Source of the DNA: Mucisphaera calidilacus
GTDB taxonomy: Bacteria > Planctomycetota > Phycisphaerae > Phycisphaerales > Phycisphaeraceae
Assembly (NCBI RefSeq): GCF_007748075.1
Contig: NZ_CP036280.1
Span: forward strand, 780,001-812,000
Direction: 5' to 3'
Length of the DNA stretch: 32,000 nucleotides
The notes below the pieces were generated by a model. The model was given only the letters and a program-made list of their open reading frames with translations. It made no database searches and was not told the origin of the DNA. Each line of letters opens with the position of its first letter. Positions within the stretch are counted from its first letter, which is position 1. Both the position numbers and the translations under genes were made by a program. Below are positions 25,303 to 32,000 of this stretch, piece by piece.

Positions 25303-26832
25303 GTGAGCAAAGCCGCAGACAACCCGGTCCTGCACGTCATCCTCGGCAACCAGCTCTTCCCGCCGTCACGCATCGCGTCGACAGAGGGCGTGACCTTCTT
25401 CATGGCCGAGGACGTCGGACTCTGCACCTACGTCCGCCATCACAAGAAGAAGATCGTCCTCTTTCTCGCCGCCATGCGCTCCCACGCCGAGGCCCTGCAG
25501 CAGCGTGACTTCCCCCTGATCTACCGGCGGCTCGATCCGGACAGCGACCAGACCGCCTACGAGGACAAGCTGGCCGAGGCGATCAAACAGACCGGCGCCA
25601 AAACCCTCCGCGTCTGGGAGATCGAGGACAAGCCCTTCGAGAGGCGGATCCACGCGTTCGCGGACAACCACGGCCTCGAGCTCGAGGTGTTGCCCAGCCC
25701 GATGTTCCTCACGCCCCGCGAGACACTCGATGATTTCTTCAGCGGGAACGATTCGCCGCGCATGGCGAGCTTCTACCAGCAGCAGCGTCGCCGACTGAAC
25801 ATCCTGGTTGATGACGACCGCAAGCCCGCGGGCGGCCAGTGGAGTTTCGACGCCGACAACCGCAAGAAACTCCCCGACAGCGTCAACCCTCCCGGCCTGC
25901 CCGACAGCAGCCCCACCCAACACGTCGCAGATGTCATTGACCTGGTCCACGAGCGATTCGGCGATCACCCGGGCATGACCGATGACTTCAACCTGCCCAC
26001 CACGCGCCGGCAGGCGCTCTACGGCCTCCGCGCCTTTCTGGAACAACGCTTCACGCTCTTCGGCGATTACGAAGACGCCCTCTCACGCCGTGACGACGTC
26101 CTATTTCACAGCCTCCTCTCGCCGGCTCTTAACCTCGGCCTGATCACGCCCGACGAGGTCATCGAACGCGCCCTGGAACACAGCGACGGCGAGGACATAC
26201 CCCTCAACGCCCTCGAGGGCTTCGTCCGCCAGATCATCGGCTGGCGTGAGTTCATCCGAGGCGTCTACCGCACGCACAGCGAGACCCAGGAGCAGGCCAA
26301 CTTCTTCGACCACCACCGACGTCTGACCCGGCACTGGTGGGATGGCGACACCGGCCTCCCGCCTCTCGACGACGCGATCGACAAGGCCAACCGGCTCGGC
26401 TACTGCCACCACATCGAACGCCTGATGGTCCTCGCCAATCTCATGAATCTCTGCGAAATCCACCCGCACGACGCCCACCGCTGGTTCATGGAGATGTTCG
26501 TCGACTCCTCCGAGTGGGTCATGGGCCCCAACGTCTACGGCATGGGGCTGTTCTCCGACGGCGGCATCTTCGCCACCAAGCCCTACATCTGCGGCTCCAA
26601 TTACATCCTGAAGATGAGCGACTACCGCCGAGGCGACTGGTGCGACGTCATGGACGGCCTCTACTGGCGCTTCATCGATAACCACGCCGAGTTCTTCGGC
26701 AGCAACCCGCGTATGGCCGTCATGGTCCGCGCCCTCAACAAGCTCAAGCCCGAACGCCGCGACACGATCCTCGCCGCCGCCGAGCGGTTCCTCGACCGGT
26801 GCACCACCCCCCAGGCAGCTGCCAAGGCATGA
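25303..26832 (+). CDS. Cryptochrome/photolyase family protein of the COG3046 'deoxyribodipyrimidine photolyase-related' (CryPro / bacterial 6-4 photolyase-like) group
   Basis: The start is GTG 25303. The N-terminus VLHVILGNQLF...YVRHHKKKIVLFLAAMR and the C-terminal GWREFIRGVY, GYCHHIERLMVL, WFMEMFVDSSEWVMGPNVYGM and KPYICGSNYILKMSDY are characteristic of this family. Confidence 0.85.
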   Translation: MSKAADNPVLHVILGNQLFPPSRIASTEGVTFFMAEDVGLCTYVRHHKKKIVLFLAAMRSHAEALQQRDFPLIYRRLDPDSDQTAYEDKLAEAIKQTGAKTLRVWEIEDKPFERRIHAFADNHGLELEVLPSPMFLTPRETLDDFFSGNDSPRMASFYQQQRRRLNILVDDDRKPAGGQWSFDADNRKKLPDSVNPPGLPDSSPTQHVADVIDLVHERFGDHPGMTDDFNLPTTRRQALYGLRAFLEQRFTLFGDYEDALSRRDDVLFHSLLSPALNLGLITPDEVIERALEHSDGEDIPLNALEGFVRQIIGWREFIRGVYRTHSETQEQANFFDHHRRLTRHWWDGDTGLPPLDDAIDKANRLGYCHHIERLMVLANLMNLCEIHPHDAHRWFMEMFVDSSEWVMGPNVYGMGLFSDGGIFATKPYICGSNYILKMSDYRRGDWCDVMDGLYWRFIDNHAEFFGSNPRMAVMVRALNKLKPERRDTILAAAERFLDRCTTPQAAAKA

Positions 26833-26996
26833 CCCACCAACGCAACAATCAGCACCTGCCGACGAAGGCCTGCACCGTTTGCCAGCGACCGATGACCTGG
26901 CGACGCAAGTGGGCACGCGACTGGGAGAACGTCCGCTACTGCTCGCAGGCCTGCCGCCGCAAGGCTCGCGAACTCAAGGCGAAGCCATCTCCCTGA
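26829..26996 (+). CDS. DUF2256-type small zinc-ribbon protein (55 aa)
   Basis: ATG 26829 overlaps the photolyase-family TGA (ATGA). The sequence KACTVCQRPMTWRRKWARDWENVRYCSQACRRK has the CxxC...CxxxC pattern and the WRKKW/YCS motif of DUF2256. Confidence 0.75.
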   Translation: MTHQRNNQHLPTKACTVCQRPMTWRRKWARDWENVRYCSQACRRKARELKAKPSP

Positions 26997-27711
26997 GACG
27001 CTGCTCCGCCCGCTGCCCCGCATCACTCTCGGGTGCGAGCGACACCGCCGTCTCCAGCAACGCCCGTCTTGAATCCGGATCCAGAGCCTCCCCGCTATGC
27101 CGTGCGTACGCTTCAACCATCATCGCCCGCAGCGCAGGCGACCAGCGACGCGGTGCGTCAACCCCCTGCGCGAGCTGCGCGCCCAGGCGGATCTGTTCCT
27201 GACCCTCGGCTTGCTGCTCCATCCAGTCCGGCAGGTCGACGAGTGACAGCCCGATGACCGCGTGCACCTCCGCGTCGTCGGGAGCCGCCTCCAGTGAGCG
27301 CTTCATCAGGTCACCACCCTCCTCGACCAGCCTGCCTTTAGTCGTGAACAACCACGCCCGCTGGGCCCGCAGCATCATCGCGCTCCCGAAGTAGGCGCTG
27401 ATCACCGGGTCATCGGGGTATCGTTCGTGAAGGCCGCGCAACGCCTGATACGCCGACCGAGCGAGATCACGATCACCCTTCGCGCCGAGCAGGTGTTCAA
27501 GCCGTGCCTTTTCGAAGATGAGCGGGTCCGATGATCCGCGTTCTTTGAGTTGCTGCTCGGCCTCTTCGAGTTGCTCGGCGAAGGTCGTGTCGGTCGGCCA
27601 GACAATCTCCGAGGGCGCAATCAAGTCGAGCGTCTGAGCATGCACGCTCCATGACTCGGTGAGGATCAAAACGAGCATAAAAAGATGGACGCGGAGCACG
27701 CGAGTTGGCAT
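26974..27711 (-). CDS. Secreted all-helical (TPR-like) protein of unknown function, 245 aa
   Basis: ATG 27711-27709 gives a signal peptide, MPTRVLRVHLFMLVLILTESWSVHA|Q. The remainder is a helical, repeat-like sequence. The upstream 183 codons of the 428-aa track ORF are antisense to the crtI-family gene and were rejected. The 3' end overlaps the DUF2256 gene by 23 bp. Confidence 0.6.
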   Translation of the reverse strand: MPTRVLRVHLFMLVLILTESWSVHAQTLDLIAPSEIVWPTDTTFAEQLEEAEQQLKERGSSDPLIFEKARLEHLLGAKGDRDLARSAYQALRGLHERYPDDPVISAYFGSAMMLRAQRAWLFTTKGRLVEEGGDLMKRSLEAAPDDAEVHAVIGLSLVDLPDWMEQQAEGQEQIRLGAQLAQGVDAPRRWSPALRAMMVEAYARHSGEALDPDSRRALLETAVSLAPESDAGQRAEQRLREMASP

Positions 27712-27823
27712 AACAAAGCATACACAGAGCCGTCCGGCTTGTTGCCCGTTTTTTAAGACCCGTTGCATCGGGCGGTCTAGCATCGTTTCGTGTGTAATCA
27801 GACAGTCACGAAAAGGAAACATC
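27712..27823. promoter_or_regulatory. Divergent intergenic region. It is the most AT-rich stretch in the window and presumably holds promoters for the - strand secreted-protein gene and the + strand carotenoid genes.
   Basis: The 112-nt gap lies between divergent starts. A candidate -10 TGTAAT sits at 27793-27798 and an RBS AAAGGA at 27812-27817 before ATG 27824. No convincing -35 was found. Confidence 0.3.
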
Positions 27824-29401
27824 ATGTCAGCCGCTAGAGCACACAGGCGTGAGAAAGTCATCGTCATTGGTGCCGGGCCCGGAGGACTCGCAACCGCCAT
27901 GCTGCTCGCCGCGCAGGGCCTGCAGGTCAAGGTTGTTGAACGTCGCGACACCGTCGGCGGACGTACATCGACCTTCGAGCACGACGGGTTCAGCTTCGAC
28001 ATGGGGCCGACCTTTTTTCTGTATCCCCAGATCCTGCGCGAGATCTTCTCGACCTGCGGCCTGCGTCTCGAAGACGAGATCGACCTGATCCGCCTCGACC
28101 CGCAGTACCACCTCGTCTTCCAGCAGGGCGGCGAACTGCTGGCCACCCCCGACACCCGTCGCATGCAGGAAGCCATCGCAAAGATCAGCCCCGAAGACGC
28201 GCGACGCTTCCCCGACTTCATGAACGACAACCGCGAGAAGTTCGCTCGGTTCGCGCCCATCCTTCAGCGACCGTTCTCCTCCATCCTCGATTGCCTCAGC
28301 CCCGAGATGATCAACGCCTTGCCTTCGCTCCGGCCGTGGGCCAGCGTCGACAGCGACCTCGGGCGGCACTTCGACGACGAACGCGTCCGGCTCGCATTCT
28401 CGTTCCAGTCGAAGTACCTCGGCATGTCCCCCTTCAACTGCCCGAGCCTCTTCACCATTCTCTCCTACCTCGAATACGACTACGGCGTCTTTCACCCGCG
28501 TGGCGGGTGCGGCGCCGTCTCCCGTGCCATGGCTCGCGCCGCGGAACGCCTCGGTGCCGAGGTCCAACTCGATACCCCCGTCGAGGAGATCCTCTTCGAC
28601 GGTCGTAGAGCCGCGGGCATCCGCACCGCCGAGGGCACCGAACAGGCCGACGCCGTTGTCATCAACGCCGACTTCGGCGACGCCATCACCCGCCTCATTC
28701 CCGAAAACAAGCGACGCAAGTACACCGACCGCAAGGTCGCCCGCAAGCGATACTCCTGCTCCACGTTCATGATGTACCTCGGCATCGACGGGCGCTACGA
28801 CGACCTCGAGCACCACACCATCTTCCTCGCCGAGGACTACCGCAAGAACCTCCAGCAGATCGAGCGTGGCTTCGAGGTTCCCACCAATCCCTCGGTCTAC
28901 GTCCAGAACGCCAGCGTCACCGACGACTCGCTCGCGCCCGCGGGACAGTCCACGCTCTACGTCCTTGCACCCGTCGCCCACCAGACCGAGCACATCGACT
29001 GGGAGCAGCACACTCAGCCCTTCCGCCGACGCGTCCTCGACCAGCTCGCGCATTTCGGGCTTGATGACCTCGAGTCACGCATACGCTACGAGAAGATCAT
29101 GACGCCGACCCACTGGCAGCAGGACATGCGTGTCTACAAGGGTGCCACGTTCAACCTCGCCCACAACCTCACCCAGATGCTTCACCTGCGACCCAACAAC
29201 CGCTTCGAGGAGTTCGATGGCGTTTATCTCACCGGCGGCGGAACCCACCCCGGCTCCGGCCTGCCCGTCATCTACGAGTCCGCCCGCATCTCCAGCCGAC
29301 TCCTCCTCGAAGACATGGGCATCGCCGTCGACTGGCCCGCGCCCTCACCGACCAACGACGTAGAACCCTTACGCATGCCCGAACTCACCGCTGCCGGATA
29401 A
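27824..29401 (+). CDS. CrtI-family FAD-dependent carotenoid desaturase/oxidase (phytoene / 4,4'-diapophytoene desaturase family; CrtN- or CrtP-like)
   Basis: The N-terminal dinucleotide fold is KVIVIGAGPGGLATAMLLA...VVERRDTVGGR. The segments FDMGPTFF, YLEYDYGVFHPRGG and the C-terminal GVYLTGGGTHPGSGLP are typical of the CrtI family. Confidence 0.85.
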   Translation: MSAARAHRREKVIVIGAGPGGLATAMLLAAQGLQVKVVERRDTVGGRTSTFEHDGFSFDMGPTFFLYPQILREIFSTCGLRLEDEIDLIRLDPQYHLVFQQGGELLATPDTRRMQEAIAKISPEDARRFPDFMNDNREKFARFAPILQRPFSSILDCLSPEMINALPSLRPWASVDSDLGRHFDDERVRLAFSFQSKYLGMSPFNCPSLFTILSYLEYDYGVFHPRGGCGAVSRAMARAAERLGAEVQLDTPVEEILFDGRRAAGIRTAEGTEQADAVVINADFGDAITRLIPENKRRKYTDRKVARKRYSCSTFMMYLGIDGRYDDLEHHTIFLAEDYRKNLQQIERGFEVPTNPSVYVQNASVTDDSLAPAGQSTLYVLAPVAHQTEHIDWEQHTQPFRRRVLDQLAHFGLDDLESRIRYEKIMTPTHWQQDMRVYKGATFNLAHNLTQMLHLRPNNRFEEFDGVYLTGGGTHPGSGLPVIYESARISSRLLLEDMGIAVDWPAPSPTNDVEPLRMPELTAAG

Positions 29402-29405
29402 CCCC

Positions 29406-30857
29406 GTGATCGCCACCTCCGACACCTCGAGTTCGACCTGGGCCTCCTGCCCGCCATGGGGCCCGCCCTGCACCGACTGGTCCACGCTGCCGATACGTCG
29501 GCGTCTGGCGATCATCCGGCGCTTCCGCATCACCCTCGCCGCCCATCACGAGCGATGGGTTGACGCCGTCACCCCCGACTGGCGTGAGGATCCTCTCGAG
29601 ACCCTCACCGCCGAACTCTTCCCGCTCGCCGACGCTGCAAAGTACCTCGAGCGCAACGCAGCCAGCATCCTCAGGCCGCGACGCGTGACCCAGAAGGGCA
29701 GCCCGGTCTGGCTCAACAACACCTCCGCAACCATCCACCGCGAGCCCTGCGGCTGGATCCTCATCCTCGCGCCCTCCAATTACCCGCTCATGCTCGCCGG
29801 TGTCCAGACGCTCCAGGCACTCGCCGCGGGCAACTCCGTCGCCATCAAACCCTCGCCGGTCGCGCCGCGTGCCATGCAGGTGTTTGTCGAGGCACTCCAC
29901 GAAGCAGGCGTCCCCGACACCGCGCTGCGTCTGCTCGAACCCGACCACAAGCAACTCGCCGCCGTCTACCCCGGCATCGCCAAGGTCCTGCTCACCGGCA
30001 GCCACGAGACCGGGCGTGCCGTCCAGCGCGACCTTGCGCCCCACCTCGTGCCCTCCGTCATGGAACTCTCGGGCGTCGACGCCATGGTCGTCCTCCAGCG
30101 GGCCAACCCCGAACTCGTCGCCAACGCACTCGCCTTCGGCATGAAGACCAACGCCTCCGCCACCTGCATCGCACCGCGACGGATCGTGCTCGTCGGTGAC
30201 CACGCCGACCTTCTCCGCGAACTCCGCTCGGCCATCGACAGCCTCTCGATCAACCGCCGGCACCCCGCCTCCGACCGGTCTCTCGCACAACTCGTCACAC
30301 GCGCCCGCGCCCTCGGCGGCACGTTCCACGGGAACACCGAAACCGGCCCGCTGCTCATCGACGACCTCCCGCCCGATGCCGAACTCTTCGAGCAGGACGT
30401 CATGGCACCCGTTGCCTGTGTCATCCGCGTCAAGAACCGCCTCGAAGCCGTCGAGGCCGTCAACCGATCACCCTACGGGCTCGGCGCTTCCGTCTTCGGT
30501 CCTGTCGGCGACGCCACCGAGGTCGCCGAGCGACTCGACGTCGGCACCGTCACCATCAACGACGTCATCGTGCCCACCGCCGACCCCCGACTCCCCTTCG
30601 CCGCACGCAAAGCCAGCGGCTTCGGTGTCACCCGGGGCGAACAGGGATTGCTCGAACTCACGCGCACCAAGGTCATCACCGCACGGTCCTCACGCCGCCT
30701 GCCCATGCACCTGCTGCCCGAGGCAGCGGCCGCGGCGGGCCAGGCCGTGCCCGCACTCTTTCAACTGATCCACGGCAACGGATGGTGGTCACGGCTCTCG
30801 GCCATGACACGGCTCTTCCGTGCCTCACGCAGCCAGAACGAAGGGAAACGCCCATGA
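29406..30857 (+). CDS. Aldehyde dehydrogenase family protein; by context probably a carotenoid (diapolycopene-type) aldehyde dehydrogenase
   Basis: The start is GTG 29406, 4 nt after the upstream stop. The ALDH pattern includes ILAPSNYPL, KPSP, the MELSGVDAMVV (ELGG-like) motif, the catalytic-Cys region NASATCIAPRRI, and YGLGASVF. Confidence 0.8.
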   Translation: MIATSDTSSSTWASCPPWGPPCTDWSTLPIRRRLAIIRRFRITLAAHHERWVDAVTPDWREDPLETLTAELFPLADAAKYLERNAASILRPRRVTQKGSPVWLNNTSATIHREPCGWILILAPSNYPLMLAGVQTLQALAAGNSVAIKPSPVAPRAMQVFVEALHEAGVPDTALRLLEPDHKQLAAVYPGIAKVLLTGSHETGRAVQRDLAPHLVPSVMELSGVDAMVVLQRANPELVANALAFGMKTNASATCIAPRRIVLVGDHADLLRELRSAIDSLSINRRHPASDRSLAQLVTRARALGGTFHGNTETGPLLIDDLPPDAELFEQDVMAPVACVIRVKNRLEAVEAVNRSPYGLGASVFGPVGDATEVAERLDVGTVTINDVIVPTADPRLPFAARKASGFGVTRGEQGLLELTRTKVITARSSRRLPMHLLPEAAAAAGQAVPALFQLIHGNGWWSRLSAMTRLFRASRSQNEGKRP

Positions 30858-32000
30858 TCCAGCCCATCCAAACAGACGACCGCGTCGTGGTTATCGGCGC
30901 CGGACTCGGCGGACTCGCCGCCGCCTGCACCCTCGCCGCACGCGGGCACCGTGTCACCATCATCGAACGCAACGAGCACCTAGGCGGCAAGGCAGCCGTG
31001 CTCGAAGACGGCGGCTACCGCTTCGACATGGGACCCACCATTCTCACCCTGCCCGAGGTCCTCGAACGCATCGCCGGCGAGGCCGGACGCAAGCTCAGCG
31101 ACCTGCTCGACCTCGTCAAGCTTGAGCCGCAGTGGCGCTGCTTCTTCGACCAGACGGCCGGCGGCGGCGTCCTCGACCTCTTCGGCTCCAACGAGAAGAC
31201 CGTCGAGCAGATCCGGCAGCTTATCCCGGGCGAGAACGCCGAGAAGGTCGCCGCGGGTTATGAAGACTTCATCGACTACAGCCGCAGGCTACGCAGCATC
31301 AGTGACCGCTTCTTCTTCTGGAAACCCATCGGCGGCCTCAAGGACATGTTCGAGACACGGAGCATGTTCGACCTGAGCACCCTCAAAGACGTCTTCGACA
31401 TCCGCATGGGACGCTCCGTCGCCGGCATGATCCGAGGCCACGTCGGCGACGAACGCGTCTCCCAGATGCTCGACCACTACACCCAGTACGTCGGCTCCTC
31501 ACCCTTCGGATCCCCCGCCGTCCTCTGCGGCATCGCCGCCATGCAGGCCGACGGCGGGATCTGGTACCCGATGGGCGGCACCGGCGCCGTGCCCAAGGCC
31601 CTCGCCGAACTCGCCCAGCACCTTGGCGTCGAGGTCATGACCGGCGCCGAGGTCAGCCGGATCGAAACCCACAAGGGCCACGTCACCGCCGTCGAGCTGG
31701 AGAGCGGCCAGCGCATCCCCGCCCGCGCCGTCGTCTCCAACATGGACAGCGTCCGCACACACCGCGAACTCATCGGCGGCGACGTCGCGGGACGCTTCCT
31801 CAAGCGCCGCCAATACGAGCCCGCCTGCTCAGGCGTCGTGCTCTACCTCGGACTCGACCGCGCCTACGACCACCTGGCCCACCACAACTTCGTCTTCTCA
31901 CGCGACGCCGAGGAGGAATTCGACGCCATCTACCACAAGGGCCAGCCCGCCCCCGACCCCACCTGCTATCTCGCCGCACCCGCGCAGACAGAACCCGCGG
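30854..32000 (+). CDS. Second CrtI-family carotenoid desaturase/oxidase (CrtN/CrtP-like). The 3' end lies beyond the window.
   Basis: This ORF is not in the ORF track because it runs off the window end. I translated it by hand. ATG 30854 overlaps the ALDH TGA (ATGA). The product begins MIQPIQTDDRVVVIGAGLGGLAAACTLAARGHRVTIIERNEHLGGKA...YRFDMGPTILT and continues ...GGIWYPMGGTGAVP...DPTCYLAAP with no stop through 31999. Confidence 0.85.
   Translation, partial: MIQPIQTDDRVVVIGAGLGGLAAACTLAARGHRVTIIERNEHLGGKAAVLEDGGYRFDMGPTILTLPEVLERIAGEAGRKLSDLLDLVKLEPQWRCFFDQTAGGGVLDLFGSNEKTVEQIRQLIPGENAEKVAAGYEDFIDYSRRLRSISDRFFFWKPIGGLKDMFETRSMFDLSTLKDVFDIRMGRSVAGMIRGHVGDERVSQMLDHYTQYVGSSPFGSPAVLCGIAAMQADGGIWYPMGGTGAVPKALAELAQHLGVEVMTGAEVSRIETHKGHVTAVELESGQRIPARAVVSNMDSVRTHRELIGGDVAGRFLKRRQYEPACSGVVLYLGLDRAYDHLAHHNFVFSRDAEEEFDAIYHKGQPAPDPTCYLAAPAQTEPA

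Noticed and set aside
27712-28260. N-terminal 183 codons of the 428-aa - strand ORF (26974-28260)
   Set aside because: This part is antisense to the crtI-family gene and crosses the AT-rich intergenic region. A proper signal peptide begins at the internal ATG 27711, so only 26974-27711 was kept.
1-32000. Mobile elements, prophage, restriction-modification, toxin-antitoxin or other defence-island signatures, and tRNA/rRNA genes
   Set aside because: No integrase, transposase, nuclease-helicase or methylase-like translations were found. No inverted terminal repeats were seen. No tRNA-like T-arm (GGTTCGA) lies in any intergenic gap, and the intergenic gaps are too short for rRNA.

Overview
GC-rich bacterial chromosomal segment with strong GC3 bias. 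It carries about 24 protein-coding genes, all but two on the + strand. Three hallmarks suggest a Planctomycetota (Phycisphaerae-like) origin, but this is inference only: a prepilin-type/DUF1559 (H-X9-DG) pseudopilin, an N-terminal 'LESRVYFSA' motif, and dockerin-type repeats on a secreted protease. I read three functional blocks. (1) A cell-surface/secretome block at 1-14 kb: a partial SpoIIE phosphatase, a sugar-phosphate isomerase-like TIM barrel, a tpsB-tpsA two-partner secretion pair encoding a 1617-aa beta-helical exoprotein with an unrecognisable C-terminal domain, two tiny membrane-protein genes, a pseudopilin, a CHASE2 nucleotidyl cyclase and a metzincin-PPC-dockerin protease. (2) A D-cysteine desulfhydrase/ACC-deaminase-family gene, followed by a tightly packed eight-gene glycan biosynthesis/modification operon at 15.06-25.26 kb: CgeB-like GT, GT2, FkbM methyltransferase, GT2, class I methyltransferase, an uncharacterised GT-like protein, a nucleotide-sugar dehydrogenase and a domain-swapped HldE-like kinase/nucleotidyltransferase. 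(3) A photoprotection block at 25.3-32 kb: a photolyase-related protein translationally coupled to a DUF2256 zinc-ribbon miniprotein, a secreted helical protein on the - strand, and a crtI-family/aldehyde dehydrogenase/crtI-family trio typical of C30 apocarotenoid-acid pathways, which runs off the window end. I found no rRNA, tRNA, CRISPR array, transposase/integrase or recognisable defence or toxin-antitoxin enzymes. The many long antisense ORFs in the track are GC-content artefacts. The best candidates for something undescribed are the TPS locus with its orphan C-terminal domain plus the downstream mini membrane proteins, and the methyltransferase-rich glycan operon. All functional calls come from motif recognition by eye. 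No database search was run.
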